64,000 nt of DNA, taken from assembly GCA_963816145.1 (NCBI GenBank), contig CAWFJP010000003.1, positions 384,001 to 448,000 of the forward strand, read 5' to 3'. Made by a program: the position numbers and the translations under genes. Source of the DNA: an uncultured delta proteobacterium. Its GTDB lineage: Bacteria; Desulfobacterota; Binatia; UBA9968. A model generated the notes under the pieces. It saw only the letters and a program-made list of their open reading frames with translations. It had not been told where the DNA came from and did no database searches. This document shows, piece by piece, positions 1 through 8,937 of this stretch. Numbering within the stretch: the stretch's first letter is position 1; each line of letters begins with the position of its first letter.

Positions 1-65
1 TGCCCGGTTACTTTGCCGTACCCTTCGATGCGGGGCAGCGTTTTACCAATGGTGCGATAAGCCAC
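1..65 (-). CDS. Xanthine dehydrogenase-family molybdopterin-binding subunit, N-terminus (runs off window)
   Basis: Manual translation from GTG at 65 gives MAYRTIGKTLPRIEGYGKVTG, with a GGAGG RBS upstream. It matches the N-terminus of the paralogue at 35620..37842 (VGKSTPRVEGVFKVTG). Confidence 0.8.
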   Translation of the reverse strand, partial: MAYRTIGKTLPRIEGYGKVTG

Positions 66-83
66 GATGACCTCCCAATACAA

Positions 84-217
84 TTTTGGATTTTAGATTG
101 CCGATTTTGGATTGCCGAAACAAGAATCGGAGACTTACTTCGAAGAAATTACTGTCATACGTCTTTTCCCGATCTGAAATTCTTACTAATGCCTATTGCC
201 TCGTGCCTCTCGCCTAC
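84..217. repeat. Two heptamer tandem tracts (TTTTGGA-type 84..118, TGCCTAT-type 190..217)
   Basis: ttttgga ttttaga ttgccga ttttgga ttgccga and tgcctat tgcctcg tgcctct cgcctac; TCGGA at 127..131 lies between them. Confidence 0.7.
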
Positions 218-1203
218 TTAATCACATTATTCGCCCGCGAGAGAAACTCCGGCGAAAATGTGAGTCCGATCTGTTTTGCTGCCTTCAAGTTGATCACAAA
301 CTCAAACTTCGTTGCCTGTTGCACCGGCAGATCGGCGGGTTTAGTGCCCTTCAGAATCTTGTCCACGTAGCCAGCCGCACGCCGAAAGAGGTCATCAAAG
401 TCCACACCATAAGACATGAGACCACCCTCGTCGACAAACTCCTTCTGGAAGTAAATAGCCGGCAAACGGTACTTGCCGGCAAGCTCGACGATCCGCTTTC
501 TTTCGGCAAGAAATGGGCGAGTGGCGGTCGTTATAATCGCTTTGACCTGTTTCTCATTTGCGATTTTAAACGCGCTCTCCAAAGCTTGGGCATCGGATTG
601 CGTGTCGATTTCTACCAATTTTACCTTCAGTGCCACAGCCGCAGGCCTGACTTCTTGCAGTTGAACATCTTGCGCAATGAAAGCTCCCGTCAACCAGATA
701 AGGCCAAGATGAGTGAGCTTCGGGATCGCATCTTTGATTATTTCCAGTCGTTTGGTAATTAGCTCGGCCCCTAGACCCGAGAACCCTGTAAGATTGCCTC
801 CTGGCCGCGCCAGACTCGCTACCAAACCCTCGCGCACCGGATCGACCGCGGTCGTCATAACGATGGGAATGGTAGTCGTTGATCCTTTTGCCATCAACGC
901 CGAGGGTCCCGCTGTAACCACAATCAGATCAACCTTAAGGCGAATCAGTTCCGCTATAAGCTCAGGCAGGCGCTCGTTTTTCCCCTCTCCAAAGCGGTAG
1001 TCGATGGTGATATTTTTTCCTTCTACCCAGCCATGCTTGCTCAATTCCTGGCGGAAGGCACTCACGAGGCCGGCCAGACCCGAAGCAGTGCCCCCATCAA
1101 GGAAACCGATCCGAAATATTTTTCCCGCCTGCTGCGCGTGAACCGCTCCGCAAACCGCAAAGCTCAAAGCGTAAAAAACAACAGCCATGATTTTTCTGTT
1201 CAT
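214..1203 (-). CDS. ABC transporter substrate-binding protein (ABC_sub_bind, putative Trp/Tyr type)
   Basis: Signal peptide (AVHAQQ) and motifs RIGFL, DPVREGLVASLARPGGNLTG, GGLMSYG, PADLPVQQATKFEFVINLKAAKQIGL. Start taken as ATG 1203; GTG 1233 is the alternative. Confidence 0.9.
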   Translation of the reverse strand: MNRKIMAVVFYALSFAVCGAVHAQQAGKIFRIGFLDGGTASGLAGLVSAFRQELSKHGWVEGKNITIDYRFGEGKNERLPELIAELIRLKVDLIVVTAGPSALMAKGSTTTIPIVMTTAVDPVREGLVASLARPGGNLTGFSGLGAELITKRLEIIKDAIPKLTHLGLIWLTGAFIAQDVQLQEVRPAAVALKVKLVEIDTQSDAQALESAFKIANEKQVKAIITTATRPFLAERKRIVELAGKYRLPAIYFQKEFVDEGGLMSYGVDFDDLFRRAAGYVDKILKGTKPADLPVQQATKFEFVINLKAAKQIGLTFSPEFLSRANNVIK

Positions 1204-1229
1204 GATGTTTTTCCAACTAAATCGCTCTG

Positions 1230-1508
1230 TCACTGGGGTTTGACTTTTCTCAGTGCCTTACTGAGCTCGATGGCGGCGCGCTCATAGATGTCGACGCGGG
1301 GTCCGAGAGCGACGATCTGTACCATGGAACCGACAATCCGGTAAATGACACGGGGTCTGCCAATCCGGTAGCTTCGCAAGCCCGCCAATTCATCCCGCAA
1401 CCCCTTGGCATGATACGGATCGTCAGCAATCGATCGAAAGCCGATTTTGACTTAGGATTTCAGCTCCGGCGGAAGCTGGCGGATAAGACTCCGCACCGCC
1501 TGCGGCAT
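1230..1508 (-). pseudogene. RelE/ParE-family toxin with in-frame stop
   Basis: Manual translation MPQAVRSLIRQLPPELKS*VKIGFRSIADDPYHAKGLRDELAGLRSYRIGRPRVIYRIVGSMVQIVALGPRVDIYE...; TAA at 1454..1452; lies directly downstream of the Phd antitoxin. Confidence 0.85.
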
Positions 1509-1523
1509 CTCGATGCGATCGGA

Positions 1524-1811
1524 TCATTTCGCATGCTTACTCGGTCTCAAGGGCTCGCCAAACACTTCTTCAAACGTAAACCGCCGGCCTTTTTCGAGCT
1601 GCCGCAGACCTTGCCTAATTTCCTTCATCAATGAGCGGTTGCGCATGATTTCCCGGCTTTCGCGCCAACCCTCATATTCGTCAGCGCTCATCAGCACAGC
1701 AGCCGGACGGCCGTTTCGGGTAATGACAAGTTCTTCTTCGTCGCTCTCGCAATCGGCGACTAACTGACTCAGATGGGCGTTGGCTTCCGACAAGCTTAGA
1801 ACACGTGCCAT
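1524..1811 (-). CDS. Phd/YefM-family antitoxin
   Basis: LSLSEANAHLSQLV...LVITRNGRPAAVLMS motif; GAGGAG RBS. Confidence 0.92.
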   Translation of the reverse strand: MARVLSLSEANAHLSQLVADCESDEEELVITRNGRPAAVLMSADEYEGWRESREIMRNRSLMKEIRQGLRQLEKGRRFTFEEVFGEPLRPSKHAK

Positions 1812-1824
1812 AAAATCTCCTCAC

Positions 1825-1869
1825 ATTCGGACTAGAATTCAGACTAAGGCGGTCCGCCGAGGATGTCAA
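1825..1869 (-). promoter_or_regulatory. Sigma70 promoter and probable autorepression operator of the TA operon
   Basis: TTGACA(1869..1864)-17 nt-TAGTCT(1846..1841); direct repeat TAGTCTGAAT/TAGTCCGAAT overlaps the -10 box and transcription start region. Confidence 0.65.
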
Positions 1870-1886
1870 ATTAACACCGTAACTGT

Positions 1887-3005
1887 CTATGACAATGCGT
1901 AAAGCTCAGCGCAATTATCCCAGAGAATTTTCTTCTGGCTTTCTTTCGAGACATTTTTCATTTTGACGAATTCTTCCACGCCCTCGGGAAAATCCGAATC
2001 GCCATGGGGATAATCGGTCGAAAACACGATACGGTCGTCGCCGATCAGGTCGATGATCATCGGCAATTCCTTTTCGTGCTCGGTGGAAATCCAGCATTGC
2101 CGTTTGAAATACTCGCTCGGTTTCAATTTCCCGGCGGTCGGGAATCGCCCCTTCGCCATGGCGTTGTCCATGCGATGCAGCAGGAACGACACCCAGCCGC
2201 AGTAGCATTCGAGAAAAGCCAGCTTCAACTTGGGATGACGATCGCAGACGCCGCCGCCGATGGTATCGACCATGGCGACCATGTTTTCCAACGGGTGCGA
2301 CACGATATGACGCAGCAAAAGATTATCGCCGAAGCGATCGCCGATCTGCGCCACTTCGCCGGCGGCTGTGGCGGAATGAAAACCGATCGGCACGCCCAAC
2401 TCTTCCAGGCATGACCAGACCGTATCGAAGTAGCGCGAGTGCCAGGGCAGATCGTGCAACGGCTCAGGGCGCGCGAAGACGCCGACAAAGCCAAGTTTGC
2501 CGACCGCGCGCTGAGCTTCCTTTGCCGCTTCGTTGGGATCTTGCAGCGGCAGCATGGCGACGCCCTTCAAGCGCTTGGGATCAATCTGGCAAAAATCGTA
2601 AAGCCAATTGTTGTATGCGCGCGCGATGGCGGCGGCCAGCTTAGGGTCCATCTCGCTGCGCATCATGATACCGAGGCCGATGGACGGATAGAGCGCCGCA
2701 ACGTCCAACCCTTCACGGTCCATCGCTTTAAGTTGCGTCCTGGCGTCGAATCCCTGAGCACGGTATTCGGCGATTTCCTTGTCGATCCTTGTGGCGTCGT
2801 AGATGCCGCCGCGATATGCCGGCTTATAACCCTGCAGTATCTTGCCCTCGATCATCACCATCGCCGAGCTGCGCGCCGTCGAGCTCAAAATCTTCGGCGC
2901 CCGTTCGCGCCATTCCGGCTCCATGTACTTGTCCCATAAATCGGCAGGCTCACGCAGATGCATATCGGAATCGAGGATCTTGAAACCGTCTCTCATTGAT
3001 AACAC
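1887..3005 (-). CDS. Amidohydrolase family protein (Amidohydro_2)
   Basis: Motifs DSDMH, MDREGLDVAALYPS, YNNWL, PIGFH, FLE, FSTDYPH. Confidence 0.92.
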   Translation of the reverse strand: MLSMRDGFKILDSDMHLREPADLWDKYMEPEWRERAPKILSSTARSSAMVMIEGKILQGYKPAYRGGIYDATRIDKEIAEYRAQGFDARTQLKAMDREGLDVAALYPSIGLGIMMRSEMDPKLAAAIARAYNNWLYDFCQIDPKRLKGVAMLPLQDPNEAAKEAQRAVGKLGFVGVFARPEPLHDLPWHSRYFDTVWSCLEELGVPIGFHSATAAGEVAQIGDRFGDNLLLRHIVSHPLENMVAMVDTIGGGVCDRHPKLKLAFLECYCGWVSFLLHRMDNAMAKGRFPTAGKLKPSEYFKRQCWISTEHEKELPMIIDLIGDDRIVFSTDYPHGDSDFPEGVEEFVKMKNVSKESQKKILWDNCAELYALS

Positions 3006-3084
3006 TCCCGTTTTTTTGATTCAGGAGTATCACGATACCGCGGCGGGATGTCAACACAACCACCGGACGCCGGGCTTGGATATT

Positions 3085-3258
3085 TCCCGCAAAGACGCGA
3101 AGTAAAAAATTAAGATGCAGAAATAACAGTCGAGAGACTTAATCGAACAGAAACAAAATTAGTAATGGCGCAGAGAAAACTCGGATCAGCTCACGCAACG
3201 GCACAAAGGTAATAAATACAATTACGAACTTGGCGTCTTTGCGCCTTTGCGGGAGAAT
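3085..3258. repeat. CGCAAAG/CTTTGCG 8-mer-arm inverted element(s)
   Basis: Left arms tcccgcaaagacgcgaag and cacgcaacggcacaaag; right arm cttggcgtctttgcgcctttgcgggaga; AT-rich loop. Confidence 0.7.
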
Positions 3259-3283
3259 TGCCCTCCGGACGATTAGCTTGCGC

Positions 3284-4216
3284 TTACATCAGCTCACGGA
3301 TCAACGATTGCGCCACATCAGGCGCGATCCCGAGCCGCCGCCGCGCCAGCGGGCCGCCCTCGTCGAGCACCGGCTCGAGCTGATCCAGGGCGGGCAGGTC
3401 ATCCCGCTTCCAAAACAATCCGATGGCGATCTCATCGCCCCATTCGTAGCCATACTTCATGGCGGCGGCGAAGTCGGTCGGATCATGCTTCTTGTCTTCC
3501 AACTTGAACGTCCGCTGTTTGAAGAAGTCATGCGTGTTTTCAAGATTGAAGGTCACGCAGGGACTGAAGGCGTCGATTAGCGCAAAGCCGCGGTGCTGAA
3601 TGCCGCCCTTGATGAGCTCGACCAAATGCTTCACCTGCCCGGTATAGCCGCGCGCCACATAGGTCGCGCCTGCGGCGATCGCCAGCGGGATCGGATTGAT
3701 CGGATTTTCCACGCTGCCGGCCGGCGTGCTCTTGGTTTTCATGCCCTTGGCGCTGGTCGGCGAAAGCTGGCCGGTGGTGAGGCCGTAAATCTGATTGTTC
3801 ATCACAATGTAAGTCAGGTCGACGTTGCGCCGCATCGAGTGGACGAAATGATTGCCACCGATGCCGTACCCGTCGCCGTCGCCGCCGGTGACAATGATCT
3901 TCAGCTCATGGTTGGCCATCTGCGCGCCGGTGGCCACCGACAGCGCGCGGCCGTGCAGTGTGTGCATGCCGTAGGTGCTGATGTAGCCGGGCAGGTTCGA
4001 CGAGCAGCCGATGCCGCTGATGACCATCGCTTGGTGCGGCGGCACGCCGAGTTCCACCAGCGCCTGTTTGATGGCGGTGAGGACGCCAAAATCGCCGCAG
4101 CCTGGGCACCAGTCCGGTTCGGCCTTGCCTTTGAAATCCTTGACCGTCAAGGGCAATTTGGTGCGCGGCGGCACAGAAGATTTAGTTTCAATTTCTCCCG
4201 TAGTCAATGACATCAT
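3284..4216 (-). CDS. korB: 2-oxoacid:ferredoxin oxidoreductase beta subunit
   Basis: WCPGCGDFG, SGIGCSS, TPP motif GGDGDGYGIGGNH, YGLTTGQLSPT, SPCVTF. Confidence 0.95.
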   Translation of the reverse strand: MMSLTTGEIETKSSVPPRTKLPLTVKDFKGKAEPDWCPGCGDFGVLTAIKQALVELGVPPHQAMVISGIGCSSNLPGYISTYGMHTLHGRALSVATGAQMANHELKIIVTGGDGDGYGIGGNHFVHSMRRNVDLTYIVMNNQIYGLTTGQLSPTSAKGMKTKSTPAGSVENPINPIPLAIAAGATYVARGYTGQVKHLVELIKGGIQHRGFALIDAFSPCVTFNLENTHDFFKQRTFKLEDKKHDPTDFAAAMKYGYEWGDEIAIGLFWKRDDLPALDQLEPVLDEGGPLARRRLGIAPDVAQSLIRELM

Positions 4217-4228
4217 TCGCTCCTTAGA

Positions 4229-4288
4229 TTTCGTTTCGCGTTACGAGATTCACGTTGCGAGTTTAACCCGCAACCCGAAACTCGAAAC
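4229..4288. repeat. Heptamer inverted element between korA and korB
   Basis: tttcgtttcgcgttacgag...ttgcgagtt followed by aacccgc aacccga aactcga aac. Confidence 0.65.
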
Positions 4289-4293
4289 ATTGT

Positions 4294-6081
4294 TTAGACC
4301 ATTATTTCATGAACCGGCACATATTGCTTTTTGCCGGTCAAAATCGCCTTCACGCCGTCGACGATATGATGCGGCATGAACGGCTCGCCGTCATACTTGC
4401 GAATATGACCGTCGGCGACGATACCGGTCTCCGACCGCAGATAACGCGCGAACTGGCCGCTGTAATTGTTTTCGACGATGATGGTTTTACGACTCTTTAC
4501 CAAAGTCGAAACGATCGCTTCACCATGCAGCGGCACGAGCCATTTGATCTGCAGCTGATTGGCCGCGATGCCTTCCTCGTCCGCCAGCTTCTGTATCGCT
4601 TCTTGGACCACCCCTTCAGTGGATCCCCAGCCGACCAGCGTTACTTGAGCGTCACCGGCACCCCAGAGTTTGGGCGCATCGAGTAACGGCAAAATAGCTT
4701 CCATCTTGCGCATACGTTTCTCATGCATCGCCTGGCGTTTATGCGGATTGGTATATTCATCACTGATCAACACGCCGTCCTCGTCATGGTCGTCGGTGGC
4801 GACCACATGTTCGTAACCGAGTGTGCCAGGTAACGCGCGCGGCGAGACGCCGCTGTCGTTGATCTCGTAGCGTTTGTAGCCGCCGTTGAGCGGCGGCGTG
4901 GCGCCGTTCAAACCAATCACCTCACCGCGTTCGATGGGAACCTTGAAGTCCAGCTCCGCCGGATCGACGCTCGATCGTCCTTCGGACAGCAACAAATCTG
5001 AAAGGATGATGCCAGGGCACTGAAACTTGTCGACTAAATTAAAAAGTTTCGGCACGGTCTTGAAACAATCCGGGATCGTCGTTGGCGCGACAATGATACG
5101 GGGATAGTCACCCTGTCCCGCGCCCATCGCTTGCCACAAATCGCCCTGCTCGGTTTTCGTCGGCACACCGGTGGCCGGCCCAGCGCGCTGGACATTGATG
5201 CAGACCACGGGGATTTCCATCATCGCCGCGGCGCCCAGTCCCTCGGTCATCAACGCGAAACCGCCGCCGGAAGTCGCGCACATGGCGCGGCAACCGGCGT
5301 GGGCCGCGCCGATCGCCATATTGATAACACCGATCTCGTCTTCCACTTGGCGCACCATGATATCCAACTGGCGCGCGTGGCGCGCCATCCAGTGGAGCAC
5401 GCCGGAGGAGGGGCTCATCGGGTAGGCGCAATAAAATCGCACTCCAGCCGCTGCGCCGCCCATCGCCAACGCTTGATTGCCTTCGAAAAACGCCAGTTTC
5501 TTCCCGGTATCTGGCAGCGTGATCGGAAGCGCTTTGAGCTGCGAGGCGGCATAATCATAACCGGCCCGGGCGACGCCGACATTTTCCTTGACCACCGCAT
5601 CGCCTTTCCGTTTGAACTGCAAAGTGAGTATGTCTTCGAGAATTTTGAAGTCGACGCCGATCAGCCGCAACACCGCGGCCAAGGCAATCGTGTTCTGCAC
5701 TAAGTCGCCTCTGACGGATGGCGCCAATTCCTTCACCGAGAAACCACAGAGCTGGACGCCGGTCGCGGCGCCGTCAGGCTTAATCTTGTCCTTATTGAAA
5801 AGTATGGAGGATCCCGGCTTCATCAAGTTTAGATGACGATTCATGGTATCTTGATTGAGCGCGATCAAGACATCGAGGCTGTCACCGAAACTCAGCACCG
5901 GCGCTTCGCTCGTGCGCAGGGTCAAAAAAATGTGACCACCGCGCACGATCGACTGATAGGCGTTATAGGCGTTTAGATGCAGCCCGCGGCGCACGAAGAT
6001 GCGCGCTAGGATATCGCCCGGCGTGGCGATGCCCTGGCCGGCTGCGCCGCCGATTGCGATTGAAAGATCCACTTTCGCCAT
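4294..6081 (-). CDS. korA: 2-oxoacid:ferredoxin oxidoreductase alpha subunit
   Basis: GGAAGQGI, VRGGH, YPMSPSS, QVEDEI, ATSGGGFALMTEG, QRAGPATGVPTKTEQGDL. Confidence 0.95.
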   Translation of the reverse strand: MAKVDLSIAIGGAAGQGIATPGDILARIFVRRGLHLNAYNAYQSIVRGGHIFLTLRTSEAPVLSFGDSLDVLIALNQDTMNRHLNLMKPGSSILFNKDKIKPDGAATGVQLCGFSVKELAPSVRGDLVQNTIALAAVLRLIGVDFKILEDILTLQFKRKGDAVVKENVGVARAGYDYAASQLKALPITLPDTGKKLAFFEGNQALAMGGAAAGVRFYCAYPMSPSSGVLHWMARHARQLDIMVRQVEDEIGVINMAIGAAHAGCRAMCATSGGGFALMTEGLGAAAMMEIPVVCINVQRAGPATGVPTKTEQGDLWQAMGAGQGDYPRIIVAPTTIPDCFKTVPKLFNLVDKFQCPGIILSDLLLSEGRSSVDPAELDFKVPIERGEVIGLNGATPPLNGGYKRYEINDSGVSPRALPGTLGYEHVVATDDHDEDGVLISDEYTNPHKRQAMHEKRMRKMEAILPLLDAPKLWGAGDAQVTLVGWGSTEGVVQEAIQKLADEEGIAANQLQIKWLVPLHGEAIVSTLVKSRKTIIVENNYSGQFARYLRSETGIVADGHIRKYDGEPFMPHHIVDGVKAILTGKKQYVPVHEIMV

Positions 6082-6114
6082 ACCCGATTCCTCCTCTGTC
6101 GTCGCGCCGAGCCG

Positions 6115-6432
6115 CTATTTAGTCGCCGTCACTTCCGCGGTCGGAAGCATGGCCACGATTTTGTTCATTTCACCGGCCGAAAAGGCTCTCAACGTCTGAG
6201 TGCGGATATTACCGAGAGACGCCATGCTCATGGCAAACGCCGTCATCGTCTCATCGTCCGGCGCATCGGCGGTAAAGACGGCGTCAAATGCGCCCATAGT
6301 CCAGTAAATATCTTTGACTTTGATACCGAGATTAGCCGCCGCATTGATTAACCCTTTGGCGCGTTCGGTGGTGTGGCGGATGTGACGGGCGCCTTCTTCG
6401 GTAAAGTTTACCAGCGTGACGTAAGTCGCCAT
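6115..6432 (-). CDS. GYD domain-containing protein
   Basis: MATYVTLVNFTEEG...YWTMGAFD...GNIRTQTLRAF; GGAGAG RBS before ATG 6432. Confidence 0.88.
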   Translation of the reverse strand: MATYVTLVNFTEEGARHIRHTTERAKGLINAAANLGIKVKDIYWTMGAFDAVFTADAPDDETMTAFAMSMASLGNIRTQTLRAFSAGEMNKIVAMLPTAEVTATK

Positions 6433-6459
6433 GGCACTCTCCAAGTCCGTGGGCCGAAT

Positions 6460-6502
6460 AAAAAAAACCGGCAGCTCCCGCGAAATTCGCAAAAGCAACC
6501 GG
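6460..6502 (-). terminator. Intrinsic terminator in the leader of GYD-korAB
   Basis: Hairpin CCGGTTGCTTTTGCGA-ATT-TCGCGGGAGCTGCCGG followed by U8, ending 27 nt before the GYD start. Confidence 0.75.
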
Positions 6503-6607
6503 CTTTACCCCACCGAATACACCTCTGAAGATCAAACCGCGCTCCTTGCACTGCTGCTCTGAATCGCGTGATTCTGTCAAAGTTGAGAAAATCTCGTTGC
6601 ACCTAAA

Positions 6608-6636
6608 ACGCTACCAACGCTCACCGCGGCTGTCAA
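6608..6636 (-). promoter_or_regulatory. Sigma70 promoter of the GYD-korAB leader
   Basis: TTGACA(6636..6631)-17 nt-TAGCGT(6613..6608) with extended -10 TG. Confidence 0.6.
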
Positions 6637-6819
6637 GCAATTCTTTTTCTCCGTGTAAAACATCCCACGGCGAACACATCTTAGCCGCGCAACCAGATCA
6701 TCCGATGCACCATAAAGACTTTCATTGTCCGATAAAATCTGCAGCTATTCGTAGCCCCCAGACACATCGGCGAGCGATCGCCCTTTTTCCAATTCGACGC
6801 CTATGTTAAAAGGCTTCCC

Positions 6820-7353
6820 ATGGCCATTCTTAAAGTCACTCGTTTGGGGCATCCGGTGCTGCGCAAAGTCACCGAGAATATATCCGTCAAAGAACTCAAG
6901 ACGGCGGCGATGCAAAGATTCATCGACGACATGGTCGAGACCATGAAGGAATACGACGGCGTCGGCTTGGCGGCGGATCAGGTATTCACGTCGAAACAAC
7001 TCGCCGTTCTCGAGGTCGCCGACAACCCGCGCTATCCTGATAAGGGCAAAGTCCCGCTGACCGTCTTGGTCAATCCTAAAATCACCCCGCTATCCGATGA
7101 AATGGAAGAAGACTGGGAAGGCTGTCTTAGCATCCCCGACCTGCGCGGCAGCGTGCCGCGTTACAAACGCATCCATGTCAGCGCGCTCGATCGCGACGGC
7201 AGCAAACTCGACTTTACCGCCAAAGATTTCCACGCCCGGGTGATCCAGCATGAGTATGACCACCTGAACGGCAAGGTCTATCTCGACCGCATGCGCGATC
7301 TTTCAACGCTGACGTTTCTGCAAGAATTCTCGCGCTATTGGCTGAACAAGTGA
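6820..7353 (+). CDS. def: Peptide deformylase
   Basis: Signature motifs GVGLAADQV, EGCLSIP, QHEYDHLNG. Confidence 0.96.
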   Translation: MAILKVTRLGHPVLRKVTENISVKELKTAAMQRFIDDMVETMKEYDGVGLAADQVFTSKQLAVLEVADNPRYPDKGKVPLTVLVNPKITPLSDEMEEDWEGCLSIPDLRGSVPRYKRIHVSALDRDGSKLDFTAKDFHARVIQHEYDHLNGKVYLDRMRDLSTLTFLQEFSRYWLNK

Positions 7354-7358
7354 GCTGC

Positions 7359-7382
7359 GGAGCCGGCACCAATCACGGCGAA
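7359..7382 (+). repeat. 24-bp direct repeat, copy 1
   Basis: GGAGCCGGCACCAATCACGGCGAA, identical to 8709..8732. Confidence 0.95.
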
Positions 7383-7417
7383 GTTACTCTTCATCCGCGT
7401 CGGACCCGTCTAACTAT

Positions 7418-7564
7418 AACGAGCCGGAGAAAAGGTCAGAGCTCGATGATCTACGATCGAGTGCGCAGCACGGCGGACCATTCGGTAGCGAAGATTGGAT
7501 CATCGACATCGCGAAGCAACTTGGGCTTGAAGCGACAACGCATACCCGCGGTCGGCCGAAGTGA
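7418..7564 (+). pseudogene. C-terminal remnant of a REP-associated tyrosine transposase (RAYT, Y1_Tnp)
   Basis: Manual translation NEPEKRSELDDLRSSAQHGGPFGSEDWIIDIAKQLGLEATTHTRGRPK* matches the typical RAYT tail (GRPFGSxxW...LGLExTxRxRGRP). No N-terminal part is present. Confidence 0.75.
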
Positions 7565-7637
7565 GACTGCAAAGACTTCGGATCTCCCCTTTTACTCTAG
7601 TGGAGTAACGCACGGTGTCTATTAATTTAACAGTCTG

Positions 7638-8615
7638 TTAATTCCGGGGCAGCTCAGTCTGTCCCCTCTTCAGGAAAGCACGCGCCTCACATTCCAAGAC
7701 CGACTCGCCTGATCCGCTGACGATGTCGTCGATGGGCTGCACGGCAGCCGATGTGCGCCGAATGAGGACGAAGTCCCCCTGCATTAACCGGTCGGGCTCG
7801 AGGAGGCCGACGATCTCAAAGTCCGACCGGTTCCGCTGCTTCTGCTTAAAAAACTCGTGGAGCAACTGACCCCCTCTCGTCGTGAGCAGGTCATGGATGA
7901 CCAGGAGGCCGCCGTTCGGGTTCAGGCGGTTCCAGTGAGAGCCATCTACTAGACTGTGAGCGTCCTTCAAACGGGTGTGGAGGTCGACCCACATCAGATC
8001 GATCGGTAAGTGCTCTGCCGGAATGTTATCGAGATCGTAACTCCAGAAATCTCCGTGGTGGAATGTGACCAAGTCGGAAAATCCGAGACTCTCGATAATC
8101 GATTGCGCCTTCAGCGCGTAACTTCGCGGGCTTGAGAGGTTGTCGATGCAAATGAGTCTTGGTGTGTAGCTCCGTTCCATTCTGGCCGGCCGCGCGAATC
8201 CTGGAGTTTCAACGAGCCACTCGAGCCTCCGTTTCGCAACCGGGCTCGTTGGATTGTAAAGCGCAAGCAGGCCTGAGGCCACCTGCGTGCCCGGCTCAAC
8301 CGCTGCCGGCGTATCTTGCATCGCGTCGAGGTCGGCGATGTATCGCGCGGTCTTCTCCTGCATCGCTCGCCGCTCCTCCTCGACGGCATACGCGTTGTCT
8401 GCGAGGGCCTTAGCCAGAAACGGCGTTGTGTACCCTGATCCTCCTTCGAGCACTGTGCGCGCGCGTGTGAACCGGGCCAGCGAGTAGAGGAGCGGAGCCA
8501 TCAGTTCGGTGCCGGTCCACGGCGACAGCAACGATTTCACTGCTTCCAGGAATGACGGATCAAGCATCTTTGCACCCTGCCTTTGTTTCCAATCTCTTCT
8601 GTAAATGGTCTCCAC
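7638..8615 (-). CDS. Class I SAM-dependent methyltransferase-like protein (Methyltransf_24-like)
   Basis: LLYSLARFTRARTVLEGGSGYTT motif I, DLMWVD, LNPNGGLLVIHD. Confidence 0.7.
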   Translation of the reverse strand: METIYRRDWKQRQGAKMLDPSFLEAVKSLLSPWTGTELMAPLLYSLARFTRARTVLEGGSGYTTPFLAKALADNAYAVEEERRAMQEKTARYIADLDAMQDTPAAVEPGTQVASGLLALYNPTSPVAKRRLEWLVETPGFARPARMERSYTPRLICIDNLSSPRSYALKAQSIIESLGFSDLVTFHHGDFWSYDLDNIPAEHLPIDLMWVDLHTRLKDAHSLVDGSHWNRLNPNGGLLVIHDLLTTRGGQLLHEFFKQKQRNRSDFEIVGLLEPDRLMQGDFVLIRRTSAAVQPIDDIVSGSGESVLECEARAFLKRGQTELPRN

Positions 8616-8708
8616 ATTACGGGAGGAGGGGCGCAGAACGCAAGTAACAGGAATGCTAACTTGGCAACATCAAGCACGCGGTCAGTGCAAGGCAAGATCC
8701 GGATTTTT

Positions 8709-8732
8709 GGAGCCGGCACCAATCACGGCGAA
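8709..8732 (+). repeat. 24-bp direct repeat, copy 2
   Basis: Identical to 7359..7382. Confidence 0.95.
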
Positions 8733-8735
8733 ATC

Positions 8736-8925
8736 GAACCCCGCCGCGAGCAGTGGGGTATCGGAAAGTCTCGAGGAGACTTTTCACAAAGGCGTCACCC
8801 CCGAATGTTTTTATCGGGGGTCCAGTTCCGGACTCACTTGGATTACCGCTAAAGACATTCGGGAATGACGGACTTGTGAATGCGAATGAGTGTAATGCAG
8901 CGAACTGCGGCGAATCGACCCCTAG
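8736..8925. repeat. Composite REP-like palindromic cluster
   Basis: Palindromes accccgccgcgagcagtggggt and GTCACCCCCGAATG...CGGGGGTCCAG / GGATTACCG...CGGGAATGAC, then gcagcgaactgc. Confidence 0.7.
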
Positions 8926-8937
8926 AAACGGAAAACA

